A stretch of DNA of 47,107 bases from a bacterium (GTDB lineage Bacteria > Patescibacteriota > Minisyncoccia > Phycocordibacterales > UBA6065). The stretch lies in the NCBI GenBank assembly GCA_030680695.1, contig JAUXUT010000149.1, positions 602,324 through 649,430 on the forward strand, given 5' to 3'. A program made the position numbers and the translations under genes. The notes under the pieces were generated by a model, which saw only the letters and a list, made by a program, of their open reading frames with translations, made no database searches and had not been told where the DNA came from. This document shows positions 37,734 through 45,358 of the stretch, piece by piece (position 1 is the stretch's first letter; each line of letters starts with the position of its first letter).

Positions 37734-39089
37734 TTAGAATGGAACATCTTCAGCCTTTATCTCATTTTCATTGTTGGTAACATTTACCCCCGGTTCGTAT
37801 GCACTATTTATTTCTTCCGTTTTCTCAAGCCTTCTGGCTGCAATAGTCGGGTACGTCAGGAGTTGTCGACGATCGTTTGAGTCAGGTTCCTGGAAGATAA
37901 GGCCAGCAGATTCAATGTTGGGCAGGTAGTCATAGCGGAGCCTGAACATGCCAAGGTTGCCGCCATAGACGTGGGCGTATTGCTTGAGCATGTCTTGGCG
38001 GGTAACGCCTATTTTCTTTTCTTCAGGTACAGGATCGCCAAACTCATCGATCTGGTCCCGGTTCCACAGAGGAAGAATAATCTGCGAGTAGAATTCGTAG
38101 AGGTAGGGCGATATTTCAAGCTCCTGAAAGAGAGATATCTTATCCCAAATCTCAAAGCCGGTTTCGATGTCTTCATTAGAAGCATAGAGCGTCGTGCCTT
38201 CTCGCTTACGATGCCAGACATTCAAAAGGGCAACCGATTTGATGATCGAGTAAATACGTTTGATGTCTCGCTGGTTTCTCGGCTGCGGATTTTGTATGTG
38301 AGCGAGGAATCTTTGCTGAACCGCTTTCTCGTCTTCGATGATGATCTCATCAACACCAGCAGCTTTGATCAAAACGATGCGCTCGATCAGGGCTTTACGG
38401 AGAGGATTCTCATTGAGCTCTTTATAATATTTCTTTTTGTCGGACTCCTTGCGAGAGGACTGATGAATACCTGCAAGTATTTTCTCCTGATTTATCTCGG
38501 GACTGAGAAGCAGGAAGCGGGTCATTTCCTGTTGGTCCATTTTGGCATTGGCCGAGCAGAATATGACCGACGGGAAGCCTCTGATTACGGCGGTCTTTGT
38601 GCGCGTACCACCTTTCTCTGTCTTATCCGTGATCTTATGTCTCGTTTCTTTCTCGTCGTGAGACAGGAGTGAGCGAAGCTTTGTGAGAAGCGTTGCATGT
38701 GGCATGTCGAGGAAGATAATGATTTTTCTTGAGAGGTCGATAAAACGCTCGTTCGTTTCTTTTTTATATACGCCGCTCTCGTGGAGAAACGATGTAGGTG
38801 ATGCCCCGGCGAGCTTCATAACATCCTCCTGCGGAAAGAGATTTGAAATCTCGAGAGGAATGAAGCTCTTGCCGGATGATGATGGAGCATTGAAGCTGAT
38901 ATTGAATTGCGCGTTGTCCGTGTATGCCGCAAGCATAGCGAGAAACGTGATGATTTTATTTCCATCATCTTTTTTGATAGTGAGGTCCAATACCTGCCGG
39001 ACCTGATCAAGAGTGATCGGTTCAGGCGGGGTAATGCGCTCCTTAATTTTATCGAGTTCCTCTTTGATTGTAAGTGACTGTAGATTCAT
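37734..39089 (-). CDS. P-loop ATPase, putative replication helicase/primase partner of the element
   Basis: Walker A NAPSSSGKS, Walker B-like IIIFLD, TRFLLL arginine-finger-like motif; acidic EDVPF tail. Confidence 0.75.
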   Translation of the reverse strand: MNLQSLTIKEELDKIKERITPPEPITLDQVRQVLDLTIKKDDGNKIITFLAMLAAYTDNAQFNISFNAPSSSGKSFIPLEISNLFPQEDVMKLAGASPTSFLHESGVYKKETNERFIDLSRKIIIFLDMPHATLLTKLRSLLSHDEKETRHKITDKTEKGGTRTKTAVIRGFPSVIFCSANAKMDQQEMTRFLLLSPEINQEKILAGIHQSSRKESDKKKYYKELNENPLRKALIERIVLIKAAGVDEIIIEDEKAVQQRFLAHIQNPQPRNQRDIKRIYSIIKSVALLNVWHRKREGTTLYASNEDIETGFEIWDKISLFQELEISPYLYEFYSQIILPLWNRDQIDEFGDPVPEEKKIGVTRQDMLKQYAHVYGGNLGMFRLRYDYLPNIESAGLIFQEPDSNDRRQLLTYPTIAARRLEKTEEINSAYEPGVNVTNNENEIKAEDVPF

Positions 39090-39303
39090 GATTTTGTAAT
39101 TTATGGGCTAGTAAGGGAAGTGTTTCGAGCCGTCGCTTATGGATCTGCTCGTGTTCTTCCGGAGTCATCGGCTTGTAGACAAGCTCCATCAGGCGCACAA
39201 GTTGAGTGCCTTTTGCCAGGGCTTCTTCTTTGCTTATGTCCATTCCAAAGCGAGCCTTGTAAAGCTCCTGGAACTTTCTGATGTCAGCGTCCAAAAGCAG
39301 CAT
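39049..39303 (-). CDS. small hypothetical protein of CPR integrative elements
   Basis: I.KFQELYK.RFG.DIS.EEA...G..LV.L...VYKP pattern; overlaps the ATPase start. Confidence 0.75.
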   Translation of the reverse strand: MLLLDADIRKFQELYKARFGMDISKEEALAKGTQLVRLMELVYKPMTPEEHEQIHKRRLETLPLLAHKLQNHESTVTYNQRGTR

Positions 39304-39305
39304 GA

Positions 39306-39578
39306 CTATTCGGAGTAAAGCTTATTCTTCAGAGCCTTGATGCTGTCAAAGAACGACCGAGCTTTGACTTTGAGCTGATCTGAAAAATACTGATTGGCAT
39401 ACGTATCGATGTCCGATTCTTTCCTGAATACGAAAAGGGCCTTGCGAGGATCGTCGCGGTCCAAGCGGATGAGCTTGTACCCGAGGCACAAGAGTGCCGC
39501 CGATACTCCAAGGTCGTAAGTAGTAAACACTGATGCCTCGTCGTCCTGGTGTGACCGAGGCTTTAATTTTCTTGTCAT
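39306..39578 (-). CDS. DUF5659-like small protein
   Basis: F.T.DLG.SAALLC.GY.L..LDR....KALF.F...IKALKNKLY pattern. Confidence 0.75.
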   Translation of the reverse strand: MTRKLKPRSHQDDEASVFTTYDLGVSAALLCLGYKLIRLDRDDPRKALFVFRKESDIDTYANQYFSDQLKVKARSFFDSIKALKNKLYSE

Positions 39579-39679
39579 AGAGTAATTTCGCTAGATTAGT
39601 AATGCGCGTGTTCAATATGAAAACGCACTCACAGTTTCGGTGAGTGCGCTCATTCAATATTCAGAAATGAATCGGATTT

Positions 39680-40321
39680 CTAGCTCTTTTTGTTCGGGTC
39701 GAAGTACCAGCCCTCATCTTTCTGGCTGTAGATTACGTCTTTCTTAAAATGAACTTTCAATGAATTACGAAGCTCGCTTACATATTTCGAGATCGTCATT
39801 TTAGAAACCGTCTTGCGCTTGTCGGCATCAATGATGTTTTCCTTAATGTCGTCCCGGGTGAGTAGGCGTTTTGGATTGCGCATAAACATGCGGCACAAAT
39901 CCTTGATCTGTCCTCGAAGAGGAACGATCACGTCTTTGTAGCGAATGGTCCCATCGGAATATGAAGCAAGACCGCTTACCTCAAACTCGGGCTCAAGGTC
40001 CTTGGTCATGAGCAGGGTATCTTTGATTGCCACTCGCGCAAGTTTCTTACCCTTGGCGGCATTCATGGCGATAAGGCCGAATGGATCAAGAGGCTTTCCG
40101 GTCATTTCAAATTTAACTTTGTATTTCGCAATCGGGACGAGGCATTTTAGGTAGCCTTCCTCTTCAAGCTTAAGGAGAATCGAATACTGCTCATCGGAGA
40201 AAATATTAAAAGTCTTGGCGTAGATATCGCTTATGCTAAAAGCTATCGGTCCCTTGGGGGATATAGCGACTTGGTCTTCAATGCGATTTTTCACAAACCT
40301 GATTTTGGCAGCTGGGGTCAT
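39680..40321 (-). CDS. protein with C-terminal OmpR/PhoB-type winged-helix DNA-binding domain
   Basis: FMRNPKRLLTRDDI...TISKYVSELRNSL...I......GWYF. Confidence 0.75.
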   Translation of the reverse strand: MTPAAKIRFVKNRIEDQVAISPKGPIAFSISDIYAKTFNIFSDEQYSILLKLEEEGYLKCLVPIAKYKVKFEMTGKPLDPFGLIAMNAAKGKKLARVAIKDTLLMTKDLEPEFEVSGLASYSDGTIRYKDVIVPLRGQIKDLCRMFMRNPKRLLTRDDIKENIIDADKRKTVSKMTISKYVSELRNSLKVHFKKDVIYSQKDEGWYFDPNKKS

Positions 40322-40416
40322 GGTAATAGTAATTTCCCTAAATCTACTCTTTTTTAGCTATTTTTCCAAGATGGCGAGGTGGTTCGTGGGATAGAGTTGA
40401 CAGAACCTGAAATACG

Positions 40417-40445
40417 TTGACAAATAGGCTCTATTGTGATATACT
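40417..40445 (+). promoter_or_regulatory. consensus sigma70 promoter of the DGR target gene
   Basis: TTGACA-17 nt-TATACT with extended TG. Confidence 0.8.
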
Positions 40446-40587
40446 TCCTACCAGGAAAACGAACCTTGATATTGCGGGATTTGCTACAGCAGAAAGCGGC
40501 TTACGTGGCTAAGCCATTCTCTGCTGTAGCGAAACCAATGTGGCCAAGCTAGCAGCAAACAACATCAAACAGAAAGGAAATCTGACC

Positions 40588-41301
40588 ATGGATACCATGC
40601 TCAGCAAGGCGCTCCGCGAATTCACAACCGGACCGCTCAATCAGCTCATTGTGAACCTCGGTGGCCAGGACGGCGACCAGTGGGAACAACAGCTCAAGCA
40701 GTTTCTCCGCAAGGAGCCCTGCTGGACCAACGGCCAAGTCACGCAAGTGGCGGAACCGAAACCCACACCCTCGATTCTCGAGCTCGTCTCGACGATCGTG
40801 GTCAATGCAACCACTGGCAAGCTCGTCGCCAAAGAGAAGTTCGTTCGTGACACTGGCCGCAAAGCCAAGGTCAAGATCAGCTACCTCGGCGACAACTTTA
40901 CCTCGTGGTTCCTGAACGGTGACGGCAAGACCGAAGACTCGATCAGCGAACAGACGCTCCGCTACCACAAGTTGCGGCAGTCCTCGGTGGACGGTCCTAT
41001 CATTGCCGAACTCGGCGGTGCGGAGAAGTCGGAAACGACACTCTCCGAGATGTTCTCCCTCATGGAGAAGCAGGGTAAGGGTGAAGACGGGGTTCTCTTG
41101 AACAACGGCTACGCCAATATCTTCTACATCAAGGACGACGCTGGTGTGCTCCGCGCGGTCCGCGTGCGCTGGCGCGGCGGCGGCTGGCTCGTCTGTGCGA
41201 GCTCCGTCGAGGGCCCGCGCAGGTGGGATGATGGCGACCAGGTGTTCTCTCGCAATTCTGTTCTCGAATCCTCGGAACCTTCGGCTCCGGCGCAAGCCTG
41301 A
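40588..41301 (+). CDS. DGR target (variable) protein, C-terminal CLec-like variable region
   Basis: AGAAAGGA SD before ATG 40588; the 3' part is the VR matching the downstream TR. Confidence 0.9.
   Translation: MDTMLSKALREFTTGPLNQLIVNLGGQDGDQWEQQLKQFLRKEPCWTNGQVTQVAEPKPTPSILELVSTIVVNATTGKLVAKEKFVRDTGRKAKVKISYLGDNFTSWFLNGDGKTEDSISEQTLRYHKLRQSSVDGPIIAELGGAEKSETTLSEMFSLMEKQGKGEDGVLLNNGYANIFYIKDDAGVLRAVRVRWRGGGWLVCASSVEGPRRWDDGDQVFSRNSVLESSEPSAPAQA
41137..41255 (+). repeat. DGR variable repeat (VR)
   Basis: 119-bp gapless copy of 41607-41725 (offset 470) with 23 mismatches, all opposite TR adenines. Confidence 0.95.
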
Positions 41302-41324
41302 TCCTTTGTCCCTTGGACACTTTG

Positions 41325-41363
41325 ACCCTCGGTTTGCTTCGGCAGACCGGGGGTTAATTTTTT
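41325..41363 (+). terminator. intrinsic terminator after the target gene
   Basis: accctcggtttgc-TTCG-gcagaccgggggt (with G-U pairs) followed by a T-rich run. Confidence 0.75.
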
Positions 41364-41606
41364 ATATATAAATTGATATACTGTTTCTCGAAATCATGTG
41401 TTACGCGGCGGTTAAGGCTTTCGCGTCATGGTCTTAGGATATTTTTCCCGAGAGTTGCGCTGGGTATGCCTTGCGCGAGAGTGAGAGAAGTCTCTTCAAA
41501 AAAAGAATAAGAATTGGTACATGAGACTGGCGGACTTCGATGTCCCGGATAAAATTCAGCCTGTCATGATTTGGCGGGCGGTGATGCAGATGGTCCCATG
41601 TACGAT

Positions 41607-41725
41607 AACGCTGGTGTGCTCCGAACGGTCAACGTGAACTGGAACGACGACGGCTGGAACGTCAATGCGAACTCCGTCGAGAACCCGAACAGGTGGAATG
41701 ATGGCAACCAGGTGTTCTCTCGAAA
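41607..41725 (+). repeat. DGR template repeat (TR), likely within a non-coding RNA
   Basis: AAC/AAT-rich copy of the VR; 11 AAY codons in the VR frame; all 86 non-A positions identical to the VR. Confidence 0.95.
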
Positions 41726-41743
41726 CTGTTATCTTTCTTCTGC

Positions 41744-41851
41744 TCAACTAGCAGAAGTTTTCTTTTGTAGGCCATTCTTCCAACCACCAAGTTGTCGGCC
41801 GATCTCCTCGAGCCCCGAGATGAGCTCCGAATACCGTTGATAATCAATGCC
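41744..41851 (-). pseudogene. avd: 3' fragment of DGR accessory variability determinant Avd (four-helix bundle)
   Basis: Manual translation GIDYQRYSELISGLEEIGRQLGGWKNGLQKKTSAS*; the EIGR.LGGW motif matches the Avd/23S-IVP four-helix-bundle C-terminus; no ATG/GTG/TTG before an in-frame upstream stop. Confidence 0.75.
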
Positions 41852-41853
41852 GG

Positions 41854-42174
41854 ACCTTTGAGCGGACCCCTGGGGCTTATAAGCAATTAGGAGAAGAGCA
41901 GCTTCGAGATGTGATTCTTTCTGCCCTGAATGGCATCTTTGAAGGAGATGCTACTGGAGAAACTTTTGTTAAGAAAGGTAAAACGGATATACACCTCAAA
42001 ATCGAGAAAGGAGAAATCCTCATTTTTGAATGTAAAAATTGGGGTGGAGAAAAAATATACCTAGACACTATAGATCAACTAATGGGGTATGTTACCTGGA
42101 GACAAAACTACGGTGTCGTAATTATGTTCTCAAAAAATAAAGTTTTTTCAAAGACACTGGCCCAGATACCAGAT
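41854..42174 (+). pseudogene. internal fragment of a PD-(D/E)xK-like nuclease-domain protein
   Basis: TFERTP...EEQLRD...GETF.KKGKTDI...FECK.W.G...IDQL.GY.TWR; no proper 5' end. Confidence 0.6.
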
Positions 42175-42615
42175 ATGGTAGTAACCAAATCACGACTTCA
42201 CGCGGTCCGATATAAGATCGCGTTTGATAAGTATCTTAAAGAAAAAGGATACGGGCATAAAGCACTCGTGGCTTTCTCGGGAACGGTCAAGGATGTTGAT
42301 ACTAAGCTGGAGTATACGGAAGGACAGATGAATAAGGTCCCAGAAAGCCAGACTGCTGAAGAATTTAAAAATGATGACCATAAGTTCTTAATCGTCGCCG
42401 AGAAGTTCCAAACTGGATTTGACCAACCACTCTTGTCGGTGATGTACGTCGATAAGAAACTTGGCGGCGTAAGCGCGGTCCAGACGTTATCTCGCCTCAA
42501 TCGAACTACTTACGGAAAAGATGACACCTTTGTGCTCGATTTCGTAAATCAAACAGACGACATCAAAGAAGCTTTCCAGCCCTACTACACAACTACAGTC
42601 TTATCAGAAGCAACT
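42175..42615 (+). pseudogene. hsdR: internal fragment of type I restriction subunit R (helicase motifs)
   Basis: MVVT.SRLHAVRY, LVAFSG, LIVAEKFQTGFDQPLL.VMYVDKKL, AVQTLSRLNRT and VLDFVN; about 147 aa of a roughly 1000-aa protein. Confidence 0.85.
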
Positions 42616-42679
42616 GAGGAGGCTTTTTCAGTGATGCCCAGGAAAGGGCACTTTCAGAGCTTTTGAGGCTGGGACAGGA

Positions 42680-43222
42680 TTACGCGTGTCTTTGAGTCAT
42701 TGCACCCGAGGTTTCGCGGGCGTCATAGTAGGATTTGATCTTGCGGACGCCACGGTGGACCTGGACGGCTATGCTGTTCTTGGATTGTCCGGTCTTGTCG
42801 GCTATTTCTTCGAGCGACAGCCCATCGAAGTATCGCATCTTCACCACCTTCTGATACTTGTTGGGAAGCTTGTTCACGTCGGCGGCAACTTTGTCGGTAT
42901 CGGCTGAAGACATCGGCAACTCTTCATCCATATCCGGTTCAAAGCCGTTCTCGAGCATTGCATCGAGCGAGGCGGTCTTGTGTTTTCGGTATTCGTCGAT
43001 TATGAGATTGTTGAGCACCCGGTAGAGGAATGCCTTGATTGCTATAATCTGGCCACCTTTTGCGGGGTAGGCCCATGTCTTGGCAAAGGCGTCTTGTACA
43101 AGGTCCTCACTCCGGGCACGGTCGCGGAGTTTGAAGTACGAGTAGCGGGCGAGGGCATCCTTGTATTTCCTGTGGGCTACGGTGAGCATGATTTCTCGAT
43201 AAGTTTTTTCCTGGAGCGTCAT
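42680..43222 (-). CDS. ECF-type RNA polymerase sigma factor
   Basis: EDLVQDAF.K.W and FLYRVLNNLIIDEYRK (region 2); GLSLEEIA...V.VHRG (region 4). Confidence 0.92.
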   Translation of the reverse strand: MTLQEKTYREIMLTVAHRKYKDALARYSYFKLRDRARSEDLVQDAFAKTWAYPAKGGQIIAIKAFLYRVLNNLIIDEYRKHKTASLDAMLENGFEPDMDEELPMSSADTDKVAADVNKLPNKYQKVVKMRYFDGLSLEEIADKTGQSKNSIAVQVHRGVRKIKSYYDARETSGAMTQRHA

Positions 43223-43430
43223 ATGTTTTTAAGGTTTAATTGGTAAATCGTTTGGTCCTCTTTTAATAACGATTTAACAATACACCCTTTTGTTGTCCAC
43301 AGGTATAGACAGGTAGGCAATATCTGTGGAGAAACTGTGTGTATCATTTAATATTTAGTTAATATAGCGTCATTGAGCGATATTTTTTCCTCTTGTTATC
43401 CACCACCTTTTCATGCATAATGTTAAAACT

Positions 43431-44099
43431 ATGAGAATTTTAGTTGTAGAGGACGAAAAGAAGCTCGCGGACATCCTGAGGAGGGCGCTTACTGGAGAGA
43501 AGTATTCTTGCGACCTTGCCTATGATGGTGAGGAAGGTCTCGAGAAGGGACTCAAGAATAACTACTCAGTTATCCTTCTCGACATCATGCTTCCGAAGAA
43601 AGAGGGATTCGAAGTCTGCAGGGAACTTCGTGCCAGATCTGTGCATACGCCGATTATTATGCTCACTGCACGCGCGACCGAGTCTGATCGAGTTATGGGT
43701 CTCGATACTGGTGCTGACGACTATCTCACCAAACCATTCAGCATTGACGAACTTTTCGCGCGCATCCGCGCAGTCTCGCGCCGCAGGAAGACTTCTGATC
43801 CGATTGTTTTCAAGGCCGACAATCTCGTTCTTGATGGCAGGAGACATGAAGTAACGAGGGCAGGAAAAGCGCTTTCGCTCACGCCCAAGGAATACCGTCT
43901 GCTTATTTCACTTTTGCGATCGCCGGGTGAGGTTCTTACGCGCAGGCAACTTCTCGACGCAGCTTGGAACCCAGATTTTCACGAGACGAACCACGAATTG
44001 AACGTACATATGCGCTATTTACGTAGCAAGGTCGATGCAGATGGGCAAAAGCCGCTCATCCACACCGTTCGCGGCGTCGGATATATTTTGAGACCTTAG
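43431..44099 (+). CDS. OmpR-family response regulator
   Basis: ILVVEDE, LLDIMLP, GADDYLTKPF and IHTVRGVGY motifs. Confidence 0.96.
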   Translation: MRILVVEDEKKLADILRRALTGEKYSCDLAYDGEEGLEKGLKNNYSVILLDIMLPKKEGFEVCRELRARSVHTPIIMLTARATESDRVMGLDTGADDYLTKPFSIDELFARIRAVSRRRKTSDPIVFKADNLVLDGRRHEVTRAGKALSLTPKEYRLLISLLRSPGEVLTRRQLLDAAWNPDFHETNHELNVHMRYLRSKVDADGQKPLIHTVRGVGYILRP

Positions 44100-44113
44100 C
44101 CGTCTGTATATAT

Positions 44114-45265
44114 ATGAAGAACACCAGCGCCGCATCAGCCAAAAGGCTTCTCGAATCGGCGCAGCGTCTCAAGGCGCTTATGAACGCACTGCCAGCGGGT
44201 ATTGCATTCTCAACCGACGAGACATGCACATATATCACGGGTAATCCGTATCTACTCGAACATCTCGAGATGGCATCTGGCGATAACATTTCGCTCGACG
44301 CAAACATCGCTGACAAAAAGCTACGCCACTTCATTGGTGGCAAGGAAGTGACCGGTGCCGAATTACCGATGCAACGTGCCATCGCTGAAAGACGACAGGT
44401 TGGTCCGCTCGAAATAGAAGTTGAAGCGCCAAGCGGCAATCGTTGGGCCCATGAAGCCATCGGTGCACCGATTTATGACGAGAACGGAAAGGTTATTTCG
44501 GCCGTGTTGGTGAATATGGATCTCACCGAAAAAAGAAAGGCTTCTGAAGCGGCACGTCTCGAACGATTTCTTGAACAGCAGCGTAAAAAAATAGATTTCA
44601 TTGCCGACGCCGCCCACGAATTGCGCACACCGCTCGCCATAATTAAAGGCAACGTTGATTTGGCGATACGTGGAGGACTCACCGATAAGGCTTCAATCGA
44701 AGAGACATTACGAGCGATAGACCACGAGGTTCTTCATCTTGACCGTTTACTCGCTGACCTCACACTTCTTACCGCTGATCGCGGTGAGTTTAAAAGCAAA
44801 GTCGGAGCACATCTTATAGACATCGGCTTGCTCGTCGAGGGTATTGCTAAACGCCACGAAGGCTTCGCCCTGAAGAAAACTGTTTCTATGTGTATTGATA
44901 CGCTTCCTGATGTACAGGTTATCGGCGACGAGCGCCATCTCGAACGTTTGTTTTCAAATATCGTCTCGAACGCCATATCATACGGCAAGCCAGGTGGTTC
45001 TGTATGGATATCAGGCAGGATTGAAGGCGACAAAATACTTATCGATATCAAGGATGACGGCATTGGGATTTCTAAAAATGCTCTTCCACACATTTTCGAG
45101 CGCTTCTATCGGGCAGAAAGCTCCCGGTCAAAGGATACGGGCGGTACTGGTCTTGGCCTTGCTATTGTGAAGTGGATATCCGAAGCCCACGGTGGATCAG
45201 TCAACGCAACGAGCACTGAGGGTGGGGGCAGTACGTTCACAGTGACATTCCCTTTGGCATCATAG
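44114..45265 (+). CDS. cytoplasmic PAS-domain sensor histidine kinase
   Basis: H box AHELRTPL, N box NIVSNAISY, DDGIGI, FERFYR and GTGLGLAIV; no TM helix. Confidence 0.95.
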   Translation: MKNTSAASAKRLLESAQRLKALMNALPAGIAFSTDETCTYITGNPYLLEHLEMASGDNISLDANIADKKLRHFIGGKEVTGAELPMQRAIAERRQVGPLEIEVEAPSGNRWAHEAIGAPIYDENGKVISAVLVNMDLTEKRKASEAARLERFLEQQRKKIDFIADAAHELRTPLAIIKGNVDLAIRGGLTDKASIEETLRAIDHEVLHLDRLLADLTLLTADRGEFKSKVGAHLIDIGLLVEGIAKRHEGFALKKTVSMCIDTLPDVQVIGDERHLERLFSNIVSNAISYGKPGGSVWISGRIEGDKILIDIKDDGIGISKNALPHIFERFYRAESSRSKDTGGTGLGLAIVKWISEAHGGSVNATSTEGGGSTFTVTFPLAS

Positions 45266-45358
45266 GTGATGGTGTAATAAAGGCGGTATGGCGACAGTCT
45301 TTTCGATAGGAGGGGCCTTTTGGCCTTGCCTTTAACCGAATATCAAACCATTACCCAT

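Larger units (their letters stand above)
36090..42670. mobile_element. tRNA-His-integrated genomic island / degraded integrative element carrying a DGR cassette
   Basis: Serine recombinase abutting tRNA-His, ATPase, small regulators, DGR and restriction gene fragments; right boundary is approximate. Confidence 0.75.

Noticed and set aside
41571-41840. 89-aa ORF paralogous to the target C-terminus (NVNWNDDGWNVNAN...)
   Set aside because: It is the TR read in the VR frame. TRs are typically open because of AAY codons. It has a weak start, crosses a terminator-like hairpin and overlaps the avd remnant.
41911-42666. 251-aa ORF as an intact gene or as the DGR reverse transcriptase
   Set aside because: No RT motifs are present. 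Homology begins upstream of the GTG and switches family at about 42175, so it is treated as fused fragments.
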